Shown here piece after piece: positions 1-13,700 of a stretch of DNA of 64,000 nucleotides (position 1 is the first letter of the stretch; every line of letters starts with the position of its first letter). The translations under genes were made by a program, and so were the position numbers. Location of the stretch: the NCBI GenBank assembly GCA_013265495.1, contig MU058718.1:3858081-3922080 (forward strand), written 5' to 3'. The DNA is from Vicugna vicugna. Taxonomy: Eukaryota. Below the pieces are notes generated by a model. That model worked only from the letters and a program-made list of their open reading frames with translations. It did not search any database and was not told where the DNA came from.

Positions 1-170
1 AGGCTTCTGGTTTATAGAAAGAATGTAGTGGTTTACATTCCCATTAAAATATTTGAGAATGCCTAATTCCTCATCTTTATCTAATACTTACTGTAAAGTT
101 TTCCTTCCTTCTTCCCACTTAGACTCAAAATGTAACATGGTGATCAAGTTACTATCATTTTGTTTTATAG

Positions 171-261
171 GAGATGATTTTTCTTTGATTCAGCAAGAGA
201 TATTTATGGTTAAAGAATGTAAGCATTGCAACATAGTTGCCTATTTTGGGAGCTATCTCAG
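171..261 (+). CDS. MAP4K5: MAP4K5 exon (91 nt) [31 protein letters not shown]
   Basis: ttttatag|GA ... CTCAG|gtaaaa; kinase alphaC region. Confidence 0.96.
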
Positions 262-682
262 GTAAAAAAATAAAAAGCTTCTACTCTTTTTGTATTTTAT
301 ATTTCTTTACTACCACTCTCCCTCCCTTTCATGTAAGTGCTGTTTTGTATGTAAATTTTTAAAATTACTTGCCTAAAGTTCTAAAATTTCTTAGGTTTTC
401 TTTTTGTCTCCCCTGTTGTATTAATAATGACAGCTTCATTTATGCATGTATACCTTATCTGTCAACCTTAATGAAAGAGTATGAATGATTACAAGTTAAG
501 TGTTCTAGCTTATAAAACCAATCATATTCTAAACAATTTAAGGTGGGAACAAAACTGAAATTAATATGCTTTTCTGTATCTTGAAGAAAGACTGCCAGGG
601 CCATTTCCTGTTGCATTGTGCCGTCTGTCCTAAACGTGTGCTGAAGAGTGAATGCCTTCAAAGTTTGTCAGTGGTTGAAAAG

Positions 683-689
683 TACTAAC
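683..689 (+). promoter_or_regulatory. Consensus U2 branch point TACTAAC
   Basis: Perfect TACTAAC with branch A 27 nt upstream of the exon at 715, followed by a polypyrimidine tract. Confidence 0.7.
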
Positions 690-714
690 TAATTTTCTTT
701 CTTTTTCATACTAG

Positions 715-779
715 TCGGGAAAAACTGTGGATTTGTATGGAATACTGTGGTGGTGGATCACTTCAAGATATTTACCATG
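715..779 (+). CDS. MAP4K5: MAP4K5 exon (65 nt) [21 protein letters not shown]
   Basis: ctag|TCGG ... CATG|gtactg; hinge region. Confidence 0.96.
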
Positions 780-3426
780 GTACTGTTAATTTGACTCTAC
801 GTTTTAAAACTGACTTTGACATTAATGATTGTTGTTTGACATTTCTAGTTAAGGGCTATAAACAGCTAGATTTATCGTTTTACGTTCTTCTGTTCTGCTT
901 CTAGACTATTCCATAAAAGAAACCTTAATTTTGTATTTTGTTGGTTATTCAGTTAAATTGCAGGAGCCTGAACTGAGAAGTCCAAGAGTACATGAACAAT
1001 CCAGATTTTACTTTTCAGATGTAGTCTCTAGGAAAGTATTTAATCTACAAATGGAAGTGCCTAAAGTTCCTTGTAAATTAGAATTGAATGCAAAGGGTGA
1101 CTCTCACATAAAGCAAATTATATATATATATCTTAATAATAATGAAACTTGCTAACTAAGGAAACAATTTAGTTGTTGCTATAGTATTTTTGTGTTAAAA
1201 TACATAATTTTAAGAATTTGGAGTATTTTATGTAGCATTATGTTAATTTAGCAGTTTTCTGAATTGAATTTGATTTTCCCTTATAATACTATTTAGGGAT
1301 AGTTTTCATTTCGCCTCTGCAGTTTAGCTTCCAGTTTGTTTTGTTGTTGACAATTTCATGAGACTACCGATAGATCCTTATAAAATAATTTTTCTTTGTT
1401 TAAGTGGTAAATGCAACTGTACATTCTATAATTTGTTAAGAATTACGTGAAATATTTTTGAACATTCCTAAACTGAAATCTTTATATTAAATGCCTTATC
1501 AAATTTCAGTCATGCAGTTTACAAATGCAACCATGGTATATGTGAAAACAAATGCTATTCCAGTTTAAATAATATTTGTAGCTTGTAGGGGTGAAATTTT
1601 TAAACTGTCAGTCAATACAACACTGGTTAAATAAACTACACTGCATTTGCAATATGAAATACTATGCGTATTCAAAAAGATGAAGTAGCTCCATTTATAC
1701 CGACCTGGATATATATCTCCCCAAAGCCTCTTTTTAAGTGGAAAAAGTGAATCATGAAAAAATATGTATGAACTAATTGATCACACTTAGACTTTTTAAA
1801 ATTATACTTTTGAAAGCACAAATATGAATGTAAATGTGTAACAAAATGAAAGAACACATACCAGACTGGTAAGTCATTACATCTAGGGGAGAAGAAGTGA
1901 GACTCAGGTAAAAGTTTGAATTATAATGAAGATATATTGATGTATTCTTTAATTATAAATTAATAAATGCAATAATTATTTAATTTTGTCATAACAAATA
2001 ACCCATGACAAAAAAACAGTCATGACAGATGTCCAAACTTTGGTCGCTGCCTCTTTTTATGTAAAATAATATTTAATACCACATAAATGTTACAAATATA
2101 CAAAATATTATGAAGAGTTTTTAAAACAAAAACTAATCCCATTTTTTAAAAGAGAAAAGTATTTTATTCCCTTATTTAATAATCTTTCATTTTCTTATAT
2201 ATTATACCGTACTAGAGTGAAATGACTGTTCTCTTTTATTTTACCCCTGCTATTGACTTTTAAGAATTATTGGTAGAAAACGGCTCTATGCCACTCTGTT
2301 TAAAATTCTTTTCTATGATTTTATGAAGACTTGTGATCTTATATATGAAGAGTTTTTATCCAGTATTTATAATTTTTATCCACAACACAGTTTTACAGAA
2401 TGAGAACTAAAGAATATGGATTAATAAAACTATACAGCTGGCATTTTTTACTGCTTACTCTTTTAAACTGAAAGAATTGTTTTGAGGCATTCGTTTTATT
2501 CCTTTATGAAATGTCTGCTTTGCATTATTAAGCCTGCTATTAATTGAATTAAATTGAATCTAAGAAGTATTCATCCCTGTAAATAATATACTAAATAGCA
2601 TAGTAATCAAGAACAACTGCTATTTCATCAAGTTACTAAGAATCAGTTTTATGCTCCTGAGTAGTTGGGGAGAACCAGTGATTAAAATATTCAGTAAAAT
2701 ATTGTCTTAAGTAAAGCTTACATGTAAGTATCTGATTTTGATTTCATTGTCAGCAAATACCACCCCAGATTTCAAATATTCTCTCATGATATTGGAAGGC
2801 ATTGTTCCAAAGCCCCTCCTCAAGTATTTGCAGAAGGATTTTATATTTTATAGCCTGGAGAGATTTGATTGGATGTCACAAGTGACCTGATTACTGTTTA
2901 GATTCTTAGATAAGGTACTGAATCAAACTTGCTCTTTTGATATAGTAAAGAATTATGCTAAAGAAATAGTATCTTGATCTTTAAAAAAATATGTGATGCC
3001 TTACAGTATATTTCAGCAGTCGATTTCTTTATGGTCCTCTAACTTGTGTATTTAACTGTGATTAATTATATGTTTTTCTCATGTAGGGGCTTTATTTTTA
3101 AAAAATTGTTCAGAATTGAGATCATGTCCATTGCTTTGTATAGAACATCCTGTGAAGTCCAATACTGTGCTTCACACGTAATAATAGGTGTTTATTTTGA
3201 CTGACAAAAGTTGTTATGGAGCCTTCCATTTTTAAAGTACATTTAAAATTTTTCAACTTTGCTATTTTGGTTTCCTGGTGATAAGAATACTATATGTTCA
3301 TGATGAGAAGTCACCCAATGATATGTAGAGAAGAGGTTTTATAATAGTTTGTCATTTTTAAAGTAGACTGTTTTTAATCTGTTATATTCAAATGTGTAAC
3401 AATGCAGTCTCTTTTTTTCTTTTTAG

Positions 3427-3482
3427 TTACTGGACCATTATCAGAATTGCAAATAGCCTATGTATGCAGAGAAACTTTACAG
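3427..3482 (+). CDS. MAP4K5: MAP4K5 exon (56 nt) VTGPLSELQIAYVCRETLQ
   Basis: ttttag|TT ... CAG|gtacta. Confidence 0.96.
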
Positions 3483-4819
3483 GTACTACATCTGCTTATA
3501 CAAACAGAAATGCAGTTCTAGTTTCACAATTGAAAACTATAAAATAGTGATCTGCCCAAACGAAAAATAATAAACAAAATATTTCTGTTAACCTATCGTA
3601 TTGTAATTCTGTAAGAATAACTATTTTTTTGTGACTGAGTCTCAGGAATTCATGTAAGCTGATGCTGACGTACACAATGATGATATTTGGTGTTCTACTT
3701 TGTGGTGCTTGGTGCTCAGTTGCTTGTGTACAAAGCTGAGGAAAGCCATAGGTATGAATTGGTTTTCAAGAATGAATTACCAGACTTCTCAATTATAACA
3801 AGTTGCCTAAGCTTTTCCTTCAAGTTTTATGGCAGTAAAAGGAGTCTTTTTGCACAAGACATGAGGTCTTTTACCATTTCTCCCAAAATGAAAATAAAGT
3901 GGCATAACAATAACCCAGAATGTAATCTGGAAATCCTTGTTCTATGTGATATTAGTAAGTGTTACTGATATCAGAATCCCCTTTTATAAGCTTGGTAAAC
4001 ATTGGTTAAATTAAACAGAGATTTCCTTACTTCTTCATTTCAGATTCTGTGAGAGCTCTTAGGATGCTAAAGTAGATTGTGAATCTTCAGTGGGTATATA
4101 GAGTATGCAAAATTTCTTCCCATTTTTTTTTTCAGTTCCTTGAAAGACTATTCAATGAGAAAATTAGCAGTTAGTAATTTTATTAATATACTTTAAGGCA
4201 TTTAATTTAGGAAGTAGAATAAGTAGTGGTGACTGTATTTTTTATTTTGGCAATTCACAACTGGTAATTGTTCATTGCTGCTTCTGTCTCTACATTTCCT
4301 AGATTGTGTAGTTTGTTTAGAAGTGAAATTGGTATTCTATATGTTGTTATTTGATATTTTAGAAATCAGGAGTTTGACCTGACTTGAGAGGAAGCTCTAG
4401 TCATTTCGAAAAGAGTTGGTTTCCACATGTTTTAAAAGACATGCCATGCTAAATTTTATTGTTAGATATATGAAAGTAAATTTCTTCAACATATACATAT
4501 ATTTCTGTAATATTCACATAACATAAAAATCTACTTTTTTGTATCCTAGAAAGCTAATCATGTGCTCATAGCAAAGAATTGGTAGCAGATTTTTTTTAAT
4601 ATATTTTAATTTCCAAAGCTCATTGCTTCTTTATGTAGTGGACAGAGTACAAAATGGAAGTGAAAAACCAAAACTTGCAATTGCATTCTGGCCTTGGTAT
4701 GTAACTATAATCTCTTCTATGGTTGTAGTTCCCCAAGTATAAAAATGAGGCTTTGGAAGGGAGGGACCTCCAAGATATTAGTTCCAATTTAAAAATTCTG
4801 TTATCCTGACAAGGTTCCA

Positions 4820-7800
4820 CATCTGGTGTCTGTCAACAGATGAATGGATAAAAAGGCATGCCTTGTATATACAATGGAATATTATTCAGCCATAACAAAG
4901 AAGAAGATCCTGTCATTTGTGACAGTACAGATGTACATGGAGGACATTATGCTAAGTGAAATAAGCCAGGCACAGGAGTTAAGTCCTCACTTGTATATAG
5001 AATCTCACTTATATGTAGAATCTAAAAAAGTTGAACTCACAGAACAAAATTCTCAACTACCACTTTAAGAAACTAGAAAAAGATGAGCAAATTAAAGCCA
5101 AAATAAGCAGAGAAAGGAAGTAATAAAGATCAGAGTGGAAATCAATGAAATAGAAAGCAGAAAAAATGTGAGAAAATTACTGAAACCAAAATCTGATTCT
5201 TTGAGAAGATCAATAAAATTTGTAAACCTCTACGCAGATTTTTGGGAAAAATAAAAAGAGAAGTTACAAGTTAACAATATTTGGGATGAATGAGGGGACA
5301 TTATGACAGAATCTACAAATATTAAAAGGATAATAAGGATATTCAATAACCAAGAAATATTATGAACAGCTTTATGCCAAAAAAGCCTGCAACTTAGATT
5401 AAATGGAAATAGACAGTTTCCTTGAGAGATACAAACTATCAAAGCTCAGTCAATTAAAAATCATCTAGATAGTCCTCTCTTCCCACAAAGAACCCTCCAA
5501 GCCACATGATATCATGGATAAATTCTGCCAAACATTTATGGAGGAAAGAGTACCAATTTAACACAGACTCTTCTAGAAAATTTAAATATAAAGAATACCT
5601 CCCAAGTCATTTTATGAGGTGAACATTGCTCTGAAACCAAAATTATACTTTACAAGAGAATAAAATTACAGACTAATATCCTTCATAAACATAGATACAA
5701 AAATTAAAAAGGAAAATAAAAGATTAGCAAAGATAATCCAATAATATATAAGCAGATAATACATCATGAATAAGTGGGATTTATCCTAGAATGCAATGTT
5801 GATTTAACATTCAAAAATCAGTTCAAGTAATTGATTATATTAGCAAACAAAAAGAGAAAAAAAATATGATCATCCAAATAGACACAGAAAAACCATTTAG
5901 CTAAATCCAACATTTATTTCTGATAAAAATTCATAGCATACTGAGAACAGAAAGGAATTTACTGAACCTGATAAAGAGCACCTATGAAAAACCTACAACT
6001 AAATCATACTTAGTGGTAAAAGACTAGGTCTTTCTCACCATGGTCAAACAAGGCTGCTCTCACCACTTTTTTTTTTTTTTAAACATTGTACTAGAGGTTT
6101 TGGCCAGTGCAAAAAGAATAAGCAATGAAATAAAAGGCATCTAGATTAGAAAGTAAGAAGTAAAACTGTCTTTATTCACAGACCACATAATTATCTTTGT
6201 AGAAAATGGAATAGAATCTACAAGGTAGCTACTAGAACTGGTGCGACTAGGAAGGCTGCAAGATTCAAGATCAGTTGACAGAATCAGTCGGATTTCCATA
6301 CACTAGCAACAGTCAGAAATTAAAAATTTTAAAAATACTACTTATAATAACAAAAATATGCCATTCTTAGAAATACATAAAAGAAAGATACATAAATACC
6401 TGTATACTGAAAACTACAAAACTGCTGAGTGAAATTTAAAAAGACCTAAATAAGCTGAGAGCTTCACCATCTGTAGTATTCCTGCGTTCATGGATCAGAA
6501 GACTCAGTATGGTTAAGATAACAATTCTGCCCAAATTGACCTGTAGATTCAGTGCGATTCCAATCAAAATCAAAGGAAGATTTTTTTTTTCTGTTGAAAT
6601 TGACAAGCTAATTTTAAAATTCCTACAGAAATACAAAGGACCTGGAATATTCAAACAGCTGTGAAAAAAAAAGAACAAAATTTGAAAGCCAACAGTAGCA
6701 ATTTCAAGACTTTATAAAACTACATTAATCAAATGTGGTTTAAGGCATAAGGAAAGATAAGTAGTTTAGTGGGACAGAATATAATGAAAAAATCCACACA
6801 TCGCTACTGATTTTTGACAAAGGTGAAAAGACAATTTAGTGGAGAAAGGAGAAACTTTTCAATAAGTGGTTCTGAAATAATTGAACATCCATATACAAAC
6901 AAATGAAACTTTGAACTATATTTCACACCATATGTAAAAATTAACTGAGTATTAACCACTTAGACCTAAATATAAAACTTCAAACTAGAACTTCTAAAGA
7001 AAACAGAAGATTTTGCAATCCTAAGTTAAGCAAAGCCTTTTCAGACATAACACAAAAAAACATGATCCATAAAGGAAAAACTTGGCATATTTGACTTCAT
7101 CAAAATTAAGAACTTTTGCTTCTCAAGATACATTGTTAAGAGAATGAAGACAAGCTTCAGACAAGAAGATATTTGCAAAGTATAAATCTGATTAAGGACT
7201 TGAATCCAGAATATATAAGGAACTCTCAAAATTCAGGTAAATAGAAAAACAACCACCAAATATATAAATGGACCAAAGATTTGAACAGACAGTTCACCAA
7301 AGAAGCTATATAGATAGCAAATAAAGACATGGAGAAAATGCTCAGTATCATTAGTGATTAGAAAAATGGAATTAAAACCACACTGAGATACTACTACATA
7401 CCAGTTAGAATGGCTAAAATTAAAAAGACACCTTGGCAAGGTTGGTGAGGATGTAGATTAACTGGAACTCTCAGACACTGCTGGTTTCAGCATAAAATGG
7501 TACAGCTGCTTTGGAAAACAGTTTGACAGTTGTGTAAAAGTTTAAACTTGTACCGCCATATGATCCAGCCATTATACTCCTAAATATTTACCCAAGAGGG
7601 AAAAATCATGCAAATACTTGGTGTAAATCTTCATAAGCAGGTTTATATATAATAGCCCCAAACTAGAAACAACTAAACAACCCAAATGTCTATCAACAGG
7701 TGGATGAATAAACAAATTCTGTAATATCTGTACAGTGGAATATTACTCAGTAATAAAGAATGAAATTGACAACACATTAACAAGGAATGTCAAATTATTG

Positions 7801-8000
7801 TGAATGAAAGAAGCCAGACAAAAAGGAATATACTGTAGGATTCCATTTACATAAAACCCTAGAAAATTTTAAAATTACCTATAGCGACAGAAAATAGATC
7901 GGTGTTTGTATGTGAGAGGGACTTTTGGGAGCAATGGATAATATATTAATTATCTTGGTTGTGGTGATAGTATCATAGTAAAATATTTCTGATTTTTGCC
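4820..8000 (+). mobile_element. Old L1 (L1M-type) ORF2 and 3' region, decayed; preceded by a separate L1 3'-end fragment (about 4820-5040)
   Basis: A-rich L1 ORF2-like sequence; ORF-track peptide YTMEYYSAITKKKILSF is an ORF2 C-terminus; many stops and frameshifts; boundaries approximate. Confidence 0.9.
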
Positions 8001-8171
8001 AGAAAGTGAACTCAAAATCTTAAAACACAGTAAACACTGATTAGTGAAAAGAAACTCATCTAGGTTTTTCTACCCTCAAAAGAAGGACAATCTAGTTTCT
8101 TATTCAACAAAAACTTAAGTGAAAAATTAGGTTTGCAGTTTTACTAATGCATACTTTTTTTTTAATTTCAG

Positions 8172-8219
8172 GGTCTTGCCTATTTGCATACTAAAGGCAA
8201 AATGCATAGAGATATCAAA
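8172..8219 (+). CDS. MAP4K5: MAP4K5 exon (48 nt) GLAYLHTKGKMHRDIK
   Basis: ttcag|GGT ... AAA|gtaagt; catalytic HRD motif. Confidence 0.97.
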
Positions 8220-8324
8220 GTAAGTTTATTTAACTCAATTTAAACTCAATATGTTTAAATTTGATAATTTTATTGAAAGGAATTTTATGATGCTAATTTA
8301 ATAATATTTGTATTTTTGTTTTAG

Positions 8325-8367
8325 GGTGCAAATATTTTATTGACAGATCATGGTGATGTAAAATTAG
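8325..8367 (+). CDS. MAP4K5: MAP4K5 exon (43 nt) GANILLTDHGDVKL
   Basis: ttttag|GGT ... TTAG|gtatgt. Confidence 0.97.
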
Positions 8368-9149
8368 GTATGTTATTTCAAATTCCTAAATTTTTTCCAA
8401 AAATATTTTAATAAAATTTTAAGTGAGAATTAACACTATACAAATTTAATATTCATATGAAGAACAACAATAATATTCATCTTTGATCTACCAATTTTAC
8501 TTCTGAGATTAAATTTAATGAAATTAATCCTGAAGGTAAAAAAAAAGTCCATATTCACAAAAGTACCAATCGTAACATTATTTATAACAGAAAAATGAGA
8601 ACATAGGTTTAGCAGTAGAAAAACTACTTACCTGTGATAAATCAACTTATGGAACAGTATTCTGTCATCAGAATTAATAGTTAATAAGAATAAGAGTAAA
8701 ATCCCCTAGTATGTTTAATGGCAAAATGAACTATATGAGTCTTCAGTTTTTTACAACCATGTTTAACAACAACAATAAAAAAAACGCACTTTTTAAAATA
8801 GCACCAAAATATTAACCTAGTTGTGTTAGAATAAAAGGAATCCAGGTAGATGTTTTATTTTTTGCTCTTTTTTACCAAATTAACTCAAGGTACTTTTAAT
8901 GAAAACTTTTTATTAAGTTTGTTTTTAATAAAGTATGTTTTCATTCTAGGAAAGTACCAATAATTTGTTTTCTTTTAATGATTATGTTATGAACCAAACA
9001 AGAAGATACTTAGCATTTTCTCTAGCATTTACATACATTTCTCTAGCATTACTATCTGAGTTATTAATAATGGCACGACTGAGGGTAAAATTTAGAAATG
9101 GTGGTTGTATTGAAAACTAAAATTTTCTGCTTTGTCTTTTCCCCACCAG

Positions 9150-9222
9150 CCGACTTTGGTGTGGCTGCAAAAATAACAGCCACCATTGCAAAGAGAAAAT
9201 CTTTTATTGGCACCCCTTATTG
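9150..9222 (+). CDS. MAP4K5: MAP4K5 exon (73 nt) [25 protein letters not shown]
   Basis: ccag|CC ... TG|gtaaga; DFG and activation loop. Confidence 0.97.
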
Positions 9223-10099
9223 GTAAGATATTATTATGATTGAATTTTGTGCATTTTCATTTCTTCTATCTTAGTGATGAGCATTGATTATTTGTAATAC
9301 AATTCATACTTGACTGAAGTCTGGACGCTTGCGTGCTCCTTGATACTATCATAGCTCTGATTGGGTTAGGGAACTCTGTTACTCATTTTCATTGTCTAGC
9401 TTTCCCTGTGTTAAAGTGATAATAATTCCTACTGTCCCTGGGATGTTGTGGTAAGAGGACTCATAGGTATGAGATTTTCAAAAGAAAATTGTGTTACAAT
9501 CTCTTGTCATTTTGTTACCCTTTCTTTTGATATTGCTTCTATTTAATCAAGGACTTCAATTTCCTGGTTGTTAAAAAAAAAAACTCATGCATACTACCCT
9601 ACCACTAGTCTTTACCAGTCACCTTGTTTCTAATGCATTCTACCAATTACTGATAAAATCATCTAAAACATTGCTTTTGTTAATGAAGTTAGATAATTGA
9701 AATGTAATGGAAATGTAATAAACCTTAATATGTAAAATGATTCAGTATTATAAAAGGTGACATTTAAAGTTTATATGAAAGATTGGATTCTTTAATATGC
9801 AGTGCTTTGATAATTTATTATTTGGAGAGAATTTTAAAGTGGCTTCATACCTCTTACCTAATCAAAAATAAATTGTGTATGGAACCTCAGAGTTACTGAT
9901 CAGGGCTGATATATAAACTCAAATTGACGTATTCACACTTTATCTTATTAGCAAGTTTTTATATAAAGTTTTAAAACTCATATTGTTAATATTTTTCCTT
10001 TAAAAATAAAACTCACTAGTTATACAATAAAAATCCTCACTTTGATAAAAATAAATTGTATATGGAAGTAAATATAAAAACGAAATTAAAAGAACTATC

Positions 10100-10930
10100 A
10101 GTGACTACTTCAAGAGTTGAGTAAGCCTTTTTTTGGAGTAAAAGCATAAAATACTGCTAGATTCATTTGATAGATTTAACTATATGAAAATTTAAAACTT
10201 CTGTATGTCTCTGCGCTTAAACAGAAGTAAAAGGCAAGTAATGAGCCAAGAAATAATATATGACAAATGAGGTTTTAATTAATATGTAAGTTCTTTATAA
10301 ATTAATAAAAAGAATGTTTCCTTAGAAGCAGTTATTCAAATAAAATATTTAAGATCTCATATAATATGAAAATTATTTCTCCTAATGATGACCAGAAATG
10401 CAAATTAAATAAGCAATAATATTCTTTTCTGTCAAATCAGAAAATATTTGGAATCATGAGTAGTAACTACCACTATCACTAAATATTTGACATTGAAAAT
10501 GGATGTGAGTAGAACAGTTTTGAAGGATAATTTGGCAATAATATTTTTCAAAACCTTAAGCAATGTGTATGTTCTTTAGTCTCAATTCTACTTGTAGTAG
10601 TTTATCAGAGAGGCATACAAATATTATATGAAGAATTTTGTCATGATACTTTAATAATGAAAATTTGAGAGAAAGTATGCATATACAATAGGAATTAAGG
10701 AAATTATATATATTCAAATCAGTGGAATAAGTTGCTGATATTAAAAAATCATGTTGTAAAAGATGGATGGCCAAGGGTAGTCTCATGATATACTGTGAAT
10801 CAAAAAAGCAAGATTGAATGTAGCACATGCAAATACCATTTTATAGAAGATGTGTATGTGTATAAGTAAAATTTGTCAATGAAAATGTGTGAAACAGTGG
10901 CTCTCTTTGGATGGGATAATGTTTGACTCT
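10100..10930 (+). mobile_element. Highly decayed L1 (L1ME-like) fragment
   Basis: Degenerate similarity to the L1 ORF2 3' portion; boundaries approximate. Confidence 0.55.
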
Positions 10931-11385
10931 CCAGGTGTTCCATGCTCTTCTATCTCCCTGGATTTGTACTTGTTTCCCCCTACTAAAATGTCCAGGCTCC
11001 TCAACCCCGTTAGCTCCCTGCTGATTCATTCTGTAAGTCTCACCTCCTTTGGGAACTTTTCTCTGACCTTCACAGGGATTTAAGTGTTCTTTTTCTTTTC
11101 CCATGTTATAAAACATGATTCACAAAACAGAAACTAAAGTAAGACAACACAATTTTCTCCAGATGAAGCAGTATTCAGAGGAAAGGATTTAAGATTTTTA
11201 AATAATAAATTTTAAAAGGATACATCAGTGTGTGGTCTTTATTAAGTCTTTTCTAGTAAAGTTTCTTCTTTCCTAATAAACACCTCTCAGCCTCTTTCCC
11301 TCCAAGCAGTCTAGTGAGTATAGCAAAAAGCAGATTTCATATCACTTTTTTAAAATAAAATGTTATATTCATTGATTCTTTCTAG

Positions 11386-11517
11386 GATGGCTCCAGAAGT
11401 TGCAGCAGTAGAAAAGAATGGTGGCTACAACCAACTTTGTGATATCTGGGCAGTAGGAATAACAGCAATTGAACTCGGAGAACTTCAGCCACCTATGTTT
11501 GATCTTCATCCAATGAG
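11386..11517 (+). CDS. MAP4K5: MAP4K5 exon (132 nt) [44 protein letters not shown]
   Basis: tctag|G ... GAG|gtgttc; APE motif; visible in ORF track. Confidence 0.97.
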
Positions 11518-13432
11518 GTGTTCTCAGTATTTACAATTATGCAGTTATTAATGAGATCTTCAGGGAGAGTGAAGTACTGATAACTTGGGTCTTCCAAGCT
11601 CATTTTAAAGCATATTAAAACAGTAAAGGTGTTCTGAGGGACTAGGGATTTTCTCATCTAAAACCTAGTCTCTTGTATTGCTGTTTCTAAGACAACATGA
11701 AGTGAATCATCCATACTGTCTGAAACTTTTCCATAAAACAAATTTCCCTTAATAATTATACTAGGATATAGCAGTTATCATTTAAAAAGTCTTTCTAAGT
11801 CTTTGTTCATTCTTACATCAGTTAAAAATGTTTCTTTTTTTGTCCAAAGTGGAGTTATAAACAAATGATAGACTGCAGATGAGTTTTTTTCTATTCTCAT
11901 TTGGTTTTGTTTCTTTTTACTTTGCCAAGGAATAATGAAGAGGTAGATGCTTATTTCGTATAATCATTTATATTTTAGGGCATCTTGTCTCAGAAAAAAG
12001 TATTTGAGAGACTTTGAAGGTGTTTTTAATACTTCGAAGGAAAAGATAAACTGGGCTAAAATTTAAACTTTTGAAATAAATAGTATAAAGTTAAAAGGAA
12101 AATCAACATAATAGGCAAAGTATTCTCCTAACATGTGATAGACAGCAGATTCATTTATATTACATAGGTAACTCATTCAGAAACTCTGAGCAAAAAGATA
12201 ACTTGTTTATGAGAAAGTACCAGATTCTAAAGAAACATGGAAAACTATTTAACCTCACAAGTAACTAAAGATATACATGTTAAATCTGCTTTTAGCTGGA
12301 ATGCTGGTAAGTACAGACCTGTAGGAAAATAATTCAAATGTTATTTGTTATAGGCAATATAAATGTTGCACTCATTCCACTTTTGGGAAAATCATACTTA
12401 GGAAATAAACTAAGAAAAGAAAAAGCTAAGAATTATCTATTTCAGGATTACAGGGGAAATATATGAATGTCCGAATCCTCCATGAATTGTTAAGCAGTTA
12501 TTTAGCAGTTAAGGGCAGCTATTACGTATGAGTAAACCAAAGCAACATGGAAAATTGATTATTAGTGAAAAAAGCAGCACATAATATTACCTATTATAAG
12601 TATAATAATGTAGCAGTTGGTTAGTATTTAGATAAAGACTAAAAAGAAAGCAGAATATTTTAAATAATCTCTTAGGGTGGGAGAATACAGACTTTTTTTC
12701 TTTCTTTAGACTAAATTTTGCTTTATATATGAATCATTTAATTTTTAAAAAGAAAATATTCTTGATATTTAAAAAAGAAATACCAAGGAATTTGCTTGGA
12801 AATGTGCAAGGGGTTTCTGGGAAATACTGAAATAAAACTTCCTTCTTACATCCTCCATCCTTCTACCCCCATAGTCCATAGAAAATGGGTCAAAGGTGAA
12901 TTCATAGAGAAGGAAAGTTGTCTTTCAGGTTAACTTCTGTATCATTCCTAACAACAGAATGTGGGAAATGATGGTCCAAAAAGGGAAATAGACTAGGAAG
13001 TGAATATAATTTGCCTATACACCCAAAATAATGGTAGAGGCCAAACTTCGGTTAAGCATATAGTCTACAGTTAGAGTAACATATCATCTCTGTGAGCTGT
13101 AGAATGATGTACAATTATGTAGACTTGTGCTTAAGATCTAATACTAGTTGTATGTGTAACAGTATGGTAATAAGAATCTTCTCTAACATTTGGTCACTTT
13201 GCCTAGTGAATAGGAGCTTGTTGGAAATTTAAAGATCCTCTCTATAGCCAGGAAAAATTTTCCATAAGTATCTGAAATATAAAATATTAACTTCCATATC
13301 CCATACCAATTTTCATCAGTACCTACATTTGTAGTAATCTTGTATAAATTCATTATAGAATATTGATTTTGATTATTAGATGTAATAAGAAAAGTATTTT
13401 GTATTGCTTTTTAACTGAAATTTTAATTCCAG

Positions 13433-13495
13433 GGCCCTCTTCTTAATGTCAAAAAGTAATTTTCAACCTCCGAAATTAAAGGACAAAACAAAATG
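13433..13495 (+). CDS. MAP4K5: MAP4K5 exon (63 nt) ALFLMSKSNFQPPKLKDKTKW
   Basis: ccag|G ... TG|gtaagt. Confidence 0.96.
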
Positions 13496-13509
13496 GTAAG
13501 TTATAAAAT

Positions 13510-13700
13510 ACATAGATTTATAGCATTTTATGGTTGAAAGAGACAGAAGTTCAGTTCCCTTATCTTATGGGTGGTGAAACCGAAGCCCAGAGACATTAAA
13601 CTGTTTCCCTGAAGTTAGCACATCTACTTCACTTGCAGAGTTATGGCAAGGATCAAGGTTTATTTTCTGGTCAGTGTTCCTTTATAATGATGTACTGCTC
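13510..13700. mobile_element. MIR fragment
   Basis: Core-like ttatgggtggtgaaaccgaagcccagaga. Confidence 0.55.

Noticed and set aside
11518..11551. Read-through of the weak donor gtgttc to a nearby stop
   Set aside because: Would truncate the kinase domain; no supporting signal, and the canonical splice keeps the frame.
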